64,000 nt of DNA from Leptonemataceae bacterium (GTDB lineage: Bacteria > Spirochaetota > Leptospiria > Leptospirales > Leptonemataceae), in contig OZ245742.1 in NCBI GenBank assembly GCA_965227295.1, positions 5,824,001-5,888,000 of the forward strand. Reading direction: 5' to 3'. Below the pieces are notes generated by a model. The model saw nothing but the letters and a program-made list of their open reading frames with translations. It was not told the origin of the DNA and made no database searches. Position numbers and translations under genes: made by a program. This document shows, in pieces, positions 1-9,722 of the stretch; the first letter of the stretch is position 1; every line of letters starts with the position of its first letter.

Positions 1-399
1 AACCGTGTCCGGACGCGTTTCCGCAATGACCCCGCCCAATCGCTGACTTTCACCGGCCGCATCTTTAGAAGCACCGTCGTCTCCGCCGCGAAAGAGTTCC
101 ACCACCTGGCCGCTCTGGAAACGGCGCACCGCATCGCGCTCTTCTCCGGAGGCCGGCGGCAGGCGCAGACGCAGGCGCCAGCGGTCACCGAGGCTGATGC
201 GCGTATCTTCGACTTCGACGGGATGCAGCGTAATGCCGATCTCTTTGCGGCGGGCGAGCGGCAGGGACAGCCATTCCCGACGAAACTCTTCGCGCTCGGC
301 TTCTTTCTCGGCGGCCAGGAGTTCCAGGAGATGCAACAGTTCTTCGGGGGCGGAAGAAAACGGCGGTTCGGTAACAGGATCGCGATCGGCGGCGGCCAT
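1..399 (-). CDS. 5' part of a probable SF1 helicase (IGHMBP2/SMUBP-2/Hcs1-like), runs off window edge
   Basis: Manual translation from ATG 399: MAAADRDPVTEPPFSSAPEELLHLLELLAAEKEAEREEFRREWLSLPLARRKEIGITLHPVEV...FQSGQVVELF; resembles the N-terminus of bacterial IGHMBP2-family helicases; helicase motifs lie outside the window. Confidence 0.55.
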   Translation of the reverse strand, partial: MAAADRDPVTEPPFSSAPEELLHLLELLAAEKEAEREEFRREWLSLPLARRKEIGITLHPVEVEDTRISLGDRWRLRLRLPPASGEERDAVRRFQSGQVVELFRGGDDGASKDAAGESQRLGGVIAETRPDTV

Positions 400-448
400 C
401 GCAGCAGGATGCAGCACACGGCTGAACGCGCGAGTGAAAAAGTGCGCC

Positions 449-480
449 CGCCCGCCGCTCAAGCTGGAAAGCGGCGGGCG
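449..480 (-). terminator. GC-rich hairpin, possible terminator after the 516-845 gene
   Basis: cgcccgccgct/agcggcgggcg inverted repeat, followed on the minus strand by a short T run a few nt later. Confidence 0.35.
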
Positions 481-515
481 AACACAGAGGAGTAAACGCT
501 TGCATGGAGTGCGGT

Positions 516-845
516 TTAGAGCAGGCGGAACAGGCTTCCGATGACGACCTCGGTCATACGAGCGACGAAGCGCTGCGCGGCGGCCTGAGCCGCGACGCCC
601 TGGCGGACGGCTTCCATCTCGGTGAGGGTCTTCATGTCGAGAACGTTGCTCTTGAATTCTTCGCGGCTGATCTCTTCTTTCGCGAGTTGTACGAGATACG
701 TTTCCAGACGATCGGCCTGTTCTTTGACAAAGTCGATGCCCTCGTTCTTCGCTTCGTCGAGCAGATTCATAACCTCGGTTTTCGCGGTTTCTTTCGCTTC
801 TTCGACGAGGCCGTCAACGTAGGCGTTCCATTGTTCTTTTTCCAT
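516..845 (-). CDS. hypothetical helical protein (109 aa)
   Basis: Protein-like composition, SD-like ggaagga upstream, co-oriented with upstream lipoprotein. Confidence 0.75.
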   Translation of the reverse strand: MEKEQWNAYVDGLVEEAKETAKTEVMNLLDEAKNEGIDFVKEQADRLETYLVQLAKEEISREEFKSNVLDMKTLTEMEAVRQGVAAQAAAQRFVARMTEVVIGSLFRLL

Positions 846-875
846 AGTATTCCTTCCTGAATCTCAACCGCGGGC

Positions 876-1292
876 TCAGCGGTTCTTTTCCTGTTCGGTG
901 CGGACGGCCTGTTCAAAAGCGGCCGCGATCAGTTCTTTCTTGTTATTCTTGTTCGTTGCCGACCAGCGGCCCTGCTCTTTGCGATTCTCGACGTGCCGGT
1001 CGAACATTTCCAGGACGTAACCGATCTGCACGGTCATGAGCTTGTTGGCCTGACCCTTGTCGGCCTCGTAACTCTGGAGATCGACGAGCTGCTGCCGAAC
1101 GGCGGCGATCTCTTCATCGTTGACCTGCGAACCCGTGAATGTGTCGTAGAGCTTCAGCACTTCGGTGCGAGTGGCTTCCAGACGGTCGACGGTTGCCTGG
1201 TCGTAAGCCGGCAGGATGGTGCAGGCCTGTAAAAATAGAAGCAGCGCCGGAATGAGCACGGCGATGCGATACGAATTTCGAATTGGTTTCAT
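876..1292 (-). CDS. putative lipoprotein
   Basis: Basic N-terminus, hydrophobic stretch, lipobox LQAC; SD ggggag upstream. Confidence 0.75.
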   Translation of the reverse strand: MKPIRNSYRIAVLIPALLLFLQACTILPAYDQATVDRLEATRTEVLKLYDTFTGSQVNDEEIAAVRQQLVDLQSYEADKGQANKLMTVQIGYVLEMFDRHVENRKEQGRWSATNKNNKKELIAAAFEQAVRTEQEKNR

Positions 1293-1530
1293 GGACTCCC
1301 CTTGAAATCACCGCGCGGCGATACCGCGCCGGGTGTGTTGGTAAGGGGAGAATGAAAGCCTGATGAAGCGAACTCAAGCGGCTTTCGGCGAAGCGGGCAC
1401 GCGCAGGATCATTAATCTACGGAAATGTAAAGTTATGCAGCGCGGCGGAATGAAAACGTAAGATATTTTGCCGCGTCGTCGGAGGCGAAGTCCGTGGTGC
1501 CACCGACCACGGAAAACACGCCTCCTGACG

Positions 1531-2925
1531 TTACGCCTTCGGGGCGATCATATCTTCCGGCCGCACGATCTCATCGAACTTTTCTTCGGTAAGCAGACCG
1601 AGCTCAATCGCGCTCTCTTTGAGACGAATGCCTTTTTCGTGCGCATTCTTCGCGATCTTCGCGGCGTTGTCGTAGCCGATGTGATTGTTCAGCGCCGTGA
1701 CGAGCATGAGCGAGTTGTTCAGATGCGCCTGGATGTTTTCCTGATGCGGCTCGATGCCCACGGCGCAGTTGTCCGTGAACGAGTCGCAGGCGTCGGCCAG
1801 GAGGCGGATGCTGTTCAGCACGTTGAAAACGATTACGGGTTTGAAGACGTTCAGTTCGAAGTTCCCGGAGCTGCCGCCCACGTTCACGGCGACGTCGTTG
1901 CCGATGACCTGAGCGCAAACCATGGTCATGGCCTCGGACTGCGTCGGGTTGACCTTGCCCGGCATGATCGACGAACCCGGTTCGTTCGCGGGGATCGTAA
2001 TCTCGCCGATGCCGCAGCGCGGCCCGGAGGCGAGCCAGCGGATGTCGTTGGCGATTTTCATTAAGTTGCACGCAAGTGTCTTTAAGACCCCGCTCACTTC
2101 CACCAGGGCGCCGTGGGAGGCCAGGGCCTCGAACTTGTTCGGCGCGGAAACGAACGGCAGTTTCGTGATGCCGGCGATTTTTTCGGCGGCTTTCTGTGCG
2201 AACTCCGGATGCGTGTTGAGCCCGGTGCCCACCGCGGTCCCGCCCAGGGCCAGCTCGTAGACGCCCGGGAGGGAACGCTCCACGCGGGCGAGATCGTTCG
2301 TAAGCATCTGCACGTAGCCGGAAAATTCCTGGCCCAATGTCAGCGGCGTGGCGTCCATAAGATGCGTGCGGCCGATCTTAATGACGTCGTTGAATTTGTC
2401 GGATTTTTCTTTTAAGGTATCGCGCAGGCGCGTCACCGCTCCCCGCAGGCGATTGTTCAGTTGTTCGCCCACCGCGATGTGCATGGCCGTGGGAAAGGTA
2501 TCGTTTGAGGACTGGGCCTTGTTGCAGTGGTCGTTCGGATGGACGGGCTCCTTGCTGCCCAACTGACCGCCGGCGATTTCGATGGCCCGGTTGGCGATGA
2601 CCTCGTTGGAGTTCATGTTCGTTTGCGTGCCGCTGCCGGTCTGCCAGACCACCAGGGGAAAGTGATCGTCGAGTTTGCCTTCGATGACCTCGTTCGCCGC
2701 CTGGACAATGAGATCGCCCTTATCTTTCGGAAGCGTGCCCAGCTCCACGTTGGTCTCCGCGGCGGCGCGCTTGAGGATGCCCAGCGCCCGGATCATCTCG
2801 CGCGGGAAGCGATCCCCGCCGATCTTGAAGTTCTGCAACGAACGCTGCGTCTGCGCGCCCCAGTACCGGTCCGCCGGCACTTCCAATTCACCCATGGTAT
2901 CTTTTTCAATGCGATGCTCTGCCAT
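1531..2925 (-). CDS. fumC: class II fumarate hydratase
   Basis: [49 protein letters not shown] signature. Confidence 0.97.
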   Translation of the reverse strand: MAEHRIEKDTMGELEVPADRYWGAQTQRSLQNFKIGGDRFPREMIRALGILKRAAAETNVELGTLPKDKGDLIVQAANEVIEGKLDDHFPLVVWQTGSGTQTNMNSNEVIANRAIEIAGGQLGSKEPVHPNDHCNKAQSSNDTFPTAMHIAVGEQLNNRLRGAVTRLRDTLKEKSDKFNDVIKIGRTHLMDATPLTLGQEFSGYVQMLTNDLARVERSLPGVYELALGGTAVGTGLNTHPEFAQKAAEKIAGITKLPFVSAPNKFEALASHGALVEVSGVLKTLACNLMKIANDIRWLASGPRCGIGEITIPANEPGSSIMPGKVNPTQSEAMTMVCAQVIGNDVAVNVGGSSGNFELNVFKPVIVFNVLNSIRLLADACDSFTDNCAVGIEPHQENIQAHLNNSLMLVTALNNHIGYDNAAKIAKNAHEKGIRLKESAIELGLLTEEKFDEIVRPEDMIAPKA

Positions 2926-3310
2926 GGGGAACCGGTTCCCATGACGATGAACGGGTGTCAACTGCACAAGCTACGACTCCCCACCGGATTCGGCGGCCCG
3001 CGGGCTCTCACGGCTGCCCGCGGGTTGCATTCTCTGCCTGACGATCGGGCGAAACGCCGTTACCTCACGCAGCCTTCGTGGCTGAACGGCAGTTTGAAAC
3101 GCGGTCGTCTGTATTGTACGCCATGCTGACAATCCGCTGACAACGTATCTTCCGTAAACGTGCATGAACCTTTACACACGGGGAAGGTTTAGGCGTGCGC
3201 CGGACAGAGCAGCGTCACGTCTGCGACTTCCAAATGAATTCTACTTGATCGCTTCGCCTCCAGGACAGGATGCTCTTATTTTCATCGTTAATTTTCGGGA
3301 AACGAAGCCT

Positions 3311-3919
3311 ATGGCAACTCAGAGCAAAGACCCCGCGGTCCGTGAGACTTCCGACAAAGCCGTCGCCATTCTGGAAGCGGCGCTGGAACTCTTCGCCGCG
3401 CGCGGATACGACGGCACGCCGGTACCGCTGATCGCCGAACGCGCGGGCGTCGGCGCGGGCACCATCTACCGCTACTTTGAAAGCAAAGAAGTTTTAGTAA
3501 ACGTCCTGTATAAGAACTGGCGCATCGTATTCAGCGAAGCGCTCCTCAAAGATGTACCGGCCGAAGCCACGCCGCGGGAAACCTTCGCTCTGGTCTGGAA
3601 ACGCATGGCCGGCTTTCAGAAAGAGTTTCCCCTGGCCTTCGCGTTCCTGGAGTTCTATCATCATCCGTACTTAAACGACGAAAACCGTACATTAACGGAA
3701 AACATGGTGCAGTTCCTCGGCGGCTTCGTGCGCCGCGGCCAGGACCAGGGCATCTTTCAACAGATCGAGCCGGCCGTGTTGATCTTCATCGTCCTGGGCG
3801 CCTTCGTCGGCCTGGTGCGCGCCGAACGCGAGGGCCGCATCACGCTGTCCCCGGATACCATCGCCGAAACGGAAATCTACTGCTGGCGGGCCATCACCAC
3901 GCCGGGAACGAACGCGTAA
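3311..3919 (+). CDS. TetR/AcrR family transcriptional regulator
   Basis: ILEAALELFAARGYDGT..IAERAGVGAGTIYRYFESKE HTH. Confidence 0.92.
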   Translation: MATQSKDPAVRETSDKAVAILEAALELFAARGYDGTPVPLIAERAGVGAGTIYRYFESKEVLVNVLYKNWRIVFSEALLKDVPAEATPRETFALVWKRMAGFQKEFPLAFAFLEFYHHPYLNDENRTLTENMVQFLGGFVRRGQDQGIFQQIEPAVLIFIVLGAFVGLVRAEREGRITLSPDTIAETEIYCWRAITTPGTNA

Positions 3920-3943
3920 GATTCAGGATTATATCCCCGGCAC

Positions 3944-5065
3944 TTAAACATCTCCCGCCCGCAACTTAAGGCTTTCCATAATCTTCCACCAGGCGCCATC
4001 CGCCCCGGGCACCTCCGGACCGCCCGGGCGAAATTCAATGTACAACCCGCGCCGGCCGCGGAGCACGTAGTACTCGTAAAAATAAAAGCGCCGGTCGCGA
4101 TCGCGCAGTTCACTCCGGAGCAGCCCGCAGAATCGGCCGTTCTCCGGGTCGCCGGCGCGACGATCAAAGCTGAGCCGGCCCTGGGCGTCCGCACGGGTAT
4201 CACAGAAATCCGCGTGCTGATCGCTTAACGTACGCTGAAATGCAAGTAAGCGTTTGCGCTGCGCCGTGAGCGTGCGACGGCGATCCCAGAGACGCACGTA
4301 GTCGGGCAACTCCGGATGGTACTGCCCGTGGTCCGCGCCGATCGTAACGATCCAGTCCGCATGTCCCAGATGCACCACGTCCGGATTGTCGCGTTCTTCC
4401 GGCGGGCGATGGTCCCCCGGCGAGGTCAGCGTGTTTTTTCGCACGTGCCCGCGCAAATGATGGTCCGCCGCAAACTTCCAGGCCCCGGGCAATTCCAGGC
4501 GAAAGCCGTGGCGATCACTCAACACGATCGTGCGGCCGCGCTCGTCGTCGAAGAAGGCATACGGATCCGAACGTAAATCAACGGCGGCGAAAGACGCATC
4601 GCGTTCGGCGAGATGATTCAGCCGCGCCGTAGCTTCCCGCGCGGCGCGCCGCACGGCCGCGTTCGCCCGCGGCAACGCCACGGTCATAGACCGCAACGCC
4701 TTCCAGATGCGCAGGGCCTCTTCTTTCAGACCGCGCCCGTACAACGCCTCCGCCTCGCTGTTGTACAACGGCGCCTCGCGACTGTCCGGCAGGACCGGCA
4801 ACCAGTTCGCATCGTACAAACCCGAGGGACCGAGCGGGTTAAACGCGATCTCACCGTGACGATCGATTTCGAATTTACGTTCACGCCGGTCTTCGATCGT
4901 CCAGCGATTGCGCGGGCTTTCGATGATTTCGCCGACCGCGCTGATGACTCCGCGCGCCCGCCGGGATTCCTGACCGGTCCAGTTCTCCCGGAGCAGCGGA
5001 TCCGCACCGGCGGACGTCGCGGCGGCCAGCACCGCAAAGGTTAAGATGCGCGTAAGGATTTTCAT
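3944..5065 (-). CDS. hypothetical exported protein
   Basis: Signal-peptide-like N-terminus MKILTRILTFAVLAAATSAGA; long ORF filling the gap. Confidence 0.7.
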   Translation of the reverse strand: MKILTRILTFAVLAAATSAGADPLLRENWTGQESRRARGVISAVGEIIESPRNRWTIEDRRERKFEIDRHGEIAFNPLGPSGLYDANWLPVLPDSREAPLYNSEAEALYGRGLKEEALRIWKALRSMTVALPRANAAVRRAAREATARLNHLAERDASFAAVDLRSDPYAFFDDERGRTIVLSDRHGFRLELPGAWKFAADHHLRGHVRKNTLTSPGDHRPPEERDNPDVVHLGHADWIVTIGADHGQYHPELPDYVRLWDRRRTLTAQRKRLLAFQRTLSDQHADFCDTRADAQGRLSFDRRAGDPENGRFCGLLRSELRDRDRRFYFYEYYVLRGRRGLYIEFRPGGPEVPGADGAWWKIMESLKLRAGDV

Positions 5066-5145
5066 TGACCGGAGTGCTCCCGCGCCCTTCCCTGAAGCGC
5101 GGTTACTAATATAGTAACATCATCGGTCGTTCGCGGGAAATCGTT

Positions 5146-5865
5146 ATGGCATTGGAACAGGAGAAAGGCGTTTTCGAAAACATCAAGAACCTGGTGAAAC
5201 CGTTCTTCGACATGATGGTGGACATCAAGAAAGAAGGCCTGGAACACGTGCCCGGGGACGGCGCCGCCATCATCGTCGGCAATCATCGCTCGGACATGGA
5301 TCCGTTCATCGTCGCGTCCACCATCCCGCGGTACATTTCCTGGATCGCCGCCGAGTATACCGAGCGCATTCCCATCTTCAAAAATCTGGTCCGCGAAACC
5401 GGCGTCATCCCCATGCAGCTCGACGGTAACGTTACCGTATCTTCCATTAAGCGGCTCATGTCCGTGTTGCGCAACGGCGATCTATTGGGCATCTTTCCGG
5501 AAGGCCACGACTACATGGTGCGCAACGATTTCTCGGCGCCCATGGTGGACTTCCACAGCGGCTTCGGCACGTTCGCCTACCGCGCGAAGGCGCCCATCAT
5601 TCCGTTCGTCATCGTGCCCATCGAAGAGAACATCGAAACCATTCCCCTGCATCCACGGTTGCGGCAAATGATCGGCCTGCCCGACGAGGTCTGCCACATC
5701 CCGCATCGAGTGCAGTACCGCTCCGTGAAGATTGTATTCGCGCCGCCCGTACATGCGAAGGATTTTCGCGGCGTGCCCGAAAAAGAGGCCGTGCCGGAAA
5801 TTGTGACGAAGGTGCGCACGACCATGCACGAGTTGCAGGTTCGCAACGGCATGATCGCGAACTGA
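5146..5865 (+). CDS. 1-acyl-sn-glycerol-3-phosphate acyltransferase (PlsC family)
   Basis: NHRSDMD (HX4D) and IFPEG motifs. Confidence 0.9.
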   Translation: MALEQEKGVFENIKNLVKPFFDMMVDIKKEGLEHVPGDGAAIIVGNHRSDMDPFIVASTIPRYISWIAAEYTERIPIFKNLVRETGVIPMQLDGNVTVSSIKRLMSVLRNGDLLGIFPEGHDYMVRNDFSAPMVDFHSGFGTFAYRAKAPIIPFVIVPIEENIETIPLHPRLRQMIGLPDEVCHIPHRVQYRSVKIVFAPPVHAKDFRGVPEKEAVPEIVTKVRTTMHELQVRNGMIAN

Positions 5866-5872
5866 ACAGTTT

Positions 5873-7333
5873 TTAACTGCTGGAAGCAGCCGCGTCGTTC
5901 GCGGAATCGATGCGCAGCCGAAAAATTTCAATGATCCGATCGAACTCGACGACGCTCGCGTCGAGTTCCGACGACGAACCCGCGCCGAATGCACAGGCGT
6001 CGCGCAACTTTGCCAGGTTCGCGGCCGTCGATTCGAACATCCAGGCCGCCCCTTCGAAGAGATACAACTTGCGTAAGGCCTTGCGCGCGGTCTTCCAGTC
6101 ACCGGCGAGGGTCGCGGTTTCGAGAGCGGTGGCCACGGTCCAGTAGTCCCGCGCGTCGATGCCGCCGCGACGGGCCACGGCGAAGGCCGCGGCATGGGCG
6201 TACGTCCGCGCTTCGTCCTGCGCCTCTTCGAACTCCCAGGGATCCTGGCGGCGCAGAAAACGGTGGGCACGCACAAACATCAACGTGGCCGCGTTTACGC
6301 CGGGATAGTAATCCGACGGATCCAGATGAAAACCCTCGCGATACGCCGCGACCGCCTCGTCCAGATGCAACGAGGCTTCAAAGTCGGAACCGTTCGCCAG
6401 GGCTTCGTCGAAGTTATCTTTATGAATGCGGCCGAGCAATCCTAAAGTTTCGGAAGTATGAAGTTTATCCGCGATGAGTTGGTCCAGGACGGCCTTCGCC
6501 CGGCGGCGATCACCGTCACCCTTGCGGCGATTCAACGCGAAGGCAAACAGTTCGCGCACCGCCGGAGAAGCAGCGAGCGGACCGTCCGGCAACCGTTCCA
6601 CCGACGCAATCAACGCGTCGTAATCCTTGACGTCGCGATAGGCGCGCAAGAGATCCAGAAAAAGCTCCGTTTGATGTTCTCCGGGCCCGGCCTCGCCGAA
6701 GTGTTCGGCCGCAAACCTGGCCACGGCCTCCCGGGCGTTCGCGGCGCTGACGCTTTCGCGCAATGCCTCGCGCACGTGAGCGGCCGCGTTCAGCCGTTCG
6801 CGGAAACTCGCGGCGGTGCGCGGGTCCATCGGCACGCCGGGATAGTCCGGAATCAACCCGAACAACGGACTGTCCTGGAGATTCCGGTCCTCCAGGTATT
6901 CTTTGATCTTGCGCGTCAAGTTACTGCGCAACGATTCGGCCTCGGCGTCTTCGAGATAGCCGGCGTTGAGCTTGTACGGCAGACCGCGGAGCATGTTGAT
7001 GTCAAAGGGCGGCGGCCCCGAGGGCGCGAAGATCATGAGCGTGGAACGCGGTCGGGCGGCGTGACGTACGCCGAGTTCGTAGTATACGTTCGCGTTGGGT
7101 ATGGTGACCTCGGCGATGACGAAGTCGGCGCAGAGCAGACGCTCGAACATGGGCGTATGAATGATGCCGCCGCCCTTTTCCTCGTCGGCGCGGATCACGT
7201 CCAGTCCGGCATCCAGGCACGCCGGACGGATCCCCGCCTGGTAAATGCGATCGAAATCGATCTCGTGAATTCCGGCCGCGTCCATCTTCTTGCCGAAGGG
7301 CATTACGATAAAAGCTAAAGGATTATTCGACAT
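5873..7333 (-). CDS. N-terminal nucleoside deoxyribosyltransferase/TIR-like domain fused to DUF4071 (MAP3K TRAF-binding-like, TPR) domain
   Basis: AFIVMPFG..RADEE..ADFVIAEVTIPNANVYYELGVRHA, then FALNRR, SETLGLLGRIHKD, YYPGVNAATL, DYWTVAT. Confidence 0.82.
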   Translation of the reverse strand: MSNNPLAFIVMPFGKKMDAAGIHEIDFDRIYQAGIRPACLDAGLDVIRADEEKGGGIIHTPMFERLLCADFVIAEVTIPNANVYYELGVRHAARPRSTLMIFAPSGPPPFDINMLRGLPYKLNAGYLEDAEAESLRSNLTRKIKEYLEDRNLQDSPLFGLIPDYPGVPMDPRTAASFRERLNAAAHVREALRESVSAANAREAVARFAAEHFGEAGPGEHQTELFLDLLRAYRDVKDYDALIASVERLPDGPLAASPAVRELFAFALNRRKGDGDRRRAKAVLDQLIADKLHTSETLGLLGRIHKDNFDEALANGSDFEASLHLDEAVAAYREGFHLDPSDYYPGVNAATLMFVRAHRFLRRQDPWEFEEAQDEARTYAHAAAFAVARRGGIDARDYWTVATALETATLAGDWKTARKALRKLYLFEGAAWMFESTAANLAKLRDACAFGAGSSSELDASVVEFDRIIEIFRLRIDSANDAAASSS

Positions 7334-7342
7334 AAGTTAGAA

Positions 7343-7981
7343 TCAGCCCTGGGGGATTGCGCTTTTGTCGGAGCCGTCGTCCGTGGTCGCGGGACCGGGG
7401 CCGGTTTCGCTTTGCCCCGCGGCGGGCCTGGCGTCCGTCCCTCCGGCGACGGGCGCGTCTTCGGCTTTGTCGCTCTTCTTTGAAAGTACTTTGCGACTCG
7501 CGTTCCGGCCCCAGGCCGCCACGGTCTTTGCGATCAACCCTTCCGTGCGTTCGACGAAGAGCGGAAACGGATCCGCGCCTTCGGTGCTATCTTCGTCGTA
7601 GACTTCCGCCCGGGCCAGATAAAGAAACTTCTCGCGGGTCAGGGACTCACTGATGAGCCGGTAATCCACCCAGTTCTCGTGAAACTTAAAGAGCGATAAC
7701 ATGCCCGCAACGATTGTTAATAGGACACCGATGCCGCTCACTACCAGGGGTAGTACGAGGACGCCGAACGCCTCCGGCAAGACGATGGCGATGCCCGACA
7801 GGAACGGGATGCACGCCGCCAGGATGATGTTGAGTACCGTCAGCCAATGGTACCGGGTCTTGTTTTTCCCGCTGTTTTTGGAATGCCAGGCGATCTGTCC
7901 ATCCACGCGGTCCCGGATGTAGCCTGCCGGATCGAGATCGTCCGCCGTAAACGGCGCCGTTGAATCGGTGTAAGGGTGCAT
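7343..7981 (-). CDS. DUF4231 (SLATT family) 2-TM protein
   Basis: YIRDRVDGQIAWH..two TM helices..FKFHENWVDYRLISESLTREKFLY..FVERTE. Confidence 0.88.
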   Translation of the reverse strand: MHPYTDSTAPFTADDLDPAGYIRDRVDGQIAWHSKNSGKNKTRYHWLTVLNIILAACIPFLSGIAIVLPEAFGVLVLPLVVSGIGVLLTIVAGMLSLFKFHENWVDYRLISESLTREKFLYLARAEVYDEDSTEGADPFPLFVERTEGLIAKTVAAWGRNASRKVLSKKSDKAEDAPVAGGTDARPAAGQSETGPGPATTDDGSDKSAIPQG

Positions 7982-8201
7982 GTTACGATCCTACTCCGAT
8001 CATCGAGATTCCGCGAGCGAGATTCCAGACCGCAACGTTGCGTTGCGCGAACTTTTCAGTCATTGCGAAAGATCCTTACCATTACCACGGCCGGCCGGAA
8101 AATCTCTGAAAAGCAAGCGCCCCTCGCAACGCTCCGCTTAAGATTCCCAAAAATTCAGCTTGCGGCATGTCTTAATATCGAGGAAATTCACGGGCCCCGA
8201 A

Positions 8202-9722
8202 ATGAAAGCGCCACAGAACGACATCTTCATCAGCTACGCTCACATCGACAACGCCTCGTTTTCGGAAGATGAGGAAGGCTGGGTCACGCAGTTGCACCGC
8301 ATCCTGGAATTGCGTCTGGCGCAATTGATGGGCGAGCAGGCCCGGGTATGGCGCGATCAAAAACTAAAGGGCAATGACATATTCGACGAGACCCTGGAGG
8401 AACGTTTTCGTAACACGAAGCTTCTGATCTCCATCGTAAGCCCGCGCTACGTTAAGTCCGATTGGTGCATTCGAGAATTGAACGGTTTCAGCGAGGTGGC
8501 CCCGCCCGCCGGGGATCGTTCCCGGGTGTTTAAGGTCGTGAAGACGCCCGTGGATCTTGACCGCATGCCGGAGCAGTTCCAGCGTACGCTGGGCTACGAG
8601 TTCTACAAAAAACATCCCGAAACCGGACGCCCCCTGGAGCTCAGCCTGGACCAACCGGAGACCAGGAAGGATTTCCTGGCCCGTCTGGACGATCTGGCGT
8701 ATGAGATCGTCGAATTACTGCAGGAACTCCGCAACGGAACGCCGGCCGATCCTCATCCGGAAGGCCGTACAATCTATCTGGCAGAAACAAGTTTTGATGC
8801 AGAGGATGAACGCGACGCGTTGAAACGCGATCTCCTGGAAAAAGGCCACCGCGTCCTGCCGAACCTGGAGTTGCCCGACAACGCTCCGGGAATCGACCGG
8901 GCGGTGAACGAAGCACTGGCGGAATCCGATCTTTCGATTCATATCGTGGGCGGCTACTACGGCGTGGTGCCCGCCGCCACGGAATACTCCGTCGTCCATT
9001 TGCAGGATGACATCGCCGCGGATCATGCCGAACAATCGCCGCAGTTCATGCGTTTGATCTGGCTCCCCGCGAATCGTCCGGCCCGGGAAGAACGCCAGCA
9101 AAAGTTCCTGCACGATCTGCATAATGACCCGCGCGCCGCGGGACGAACCGATATCGTGCACGGTACATTAGAGGAATTTAAGGAAGTCGTCGAAGAAACG
9201 CTGAAGAACCTGCGCAGTCGGGAAGCCCGTGCCGAAGAACGCGGGACCACCGCGAAGGAAGGCGCGGCGTCCGCGAACGAAAACGCGGGCAGCGTCTACC
9301 TGATCTACTGCCGCGAAGATGAGGAGGAGGCCTATTCCCTGGCGGAGTACCTGTTTGAAGTACACGGCCTGAACGTTATGACGCCCCTGCTGGACGGCGC
9401 GGGCGACGAAAGCGAACTGCGCGAAGATCATCGGGAGAATCTCGTTTCCTGTGACGCCGTAATAATTTTCTACGGCTCCGCTGAAGAGACCTGGCTGCGG
9501 GAAAAACTCCGCGAACTCAAAAAGATTCCCGGCTACGGTCGCGACCGTCCGTTTTCCGGCCGCGCGGTATTTCTGGCACCGCCGGCCACGCCGCATAAAA
9601 CCAAACGCCTGCTGGTCCAGGGCGTGGAAATCATTCGCAGTACCGACGAGATCCGTCCGGAGACCCTGGAAGATTTCGCGATTCGTATCAAAGAAAAATC
9701 CGGCGCGGAGGCGTCGGCATGA
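8202..9722 (+). CDS. TIR-domain protein with additional DUF4062-like and TIR/SEFIR-like domains
   Basis: DIFISYAHID..VSPRYVKSDWCIREL (TIR with catalytic-type Glu); TIYLAETS..SDLSIHIVGGYYG; SVYLIYCRED..CDAVIIFYG. Confidence 0.85.
   Translation: MKAPQNDIFISYAHIDNASFSEDEEGWVTQLHRILELRLAQLMGEQARVWRDQKLKGNDIFDETLEERFRNTKLLISIVSPRYVKSDWCIRELNGFSEVAPPAGDRSRVFKVVKTPVDLDRMPEQFQRTLGYEFYKKHPETGRPLELSLDQPETRKDFLARLDDLAYEIVELLQELRNGTPADPHPEGRTIYLAETSFDAEDERDALKRDLLEKGHRVLPNLELPDNAPGIDRAVNEALAESDLSIHIVGGYYGVVPAATEYSVVHLQDDIAADHAEQSPQFMRLIWLPANRPAREERQQKFLHDLHNDPRAAGRTDIVHGTLEEFKEVVEETLKNLRSREARAEERGTTAKEGAASANENAGSVYLIYCREDEEEAYSLAEYLFEVHGLNVMTPLLDGAGDESELREDHRENLVSCDAVIIFYGSAEETWLREKLRELKKIPGYGRDRPFSGRAVFLAPPATPHKTKRLLVQGVEIIRSTDEIRPETLEDFAIRIKEKSGAEASA

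Noticed and set aside
3125..3143. Direct repeat gctgacaa x2 between fumC and tetR
   Set aside because: Too short to call an operator, and TetR sites are usually palindromic
8031..8042. Palindrome cgcaacgttgcg in the divergent TIR/SLATT gap
   Set aside because: Single GC-rich 12-mer with no second copy or linked regulator; could be chance
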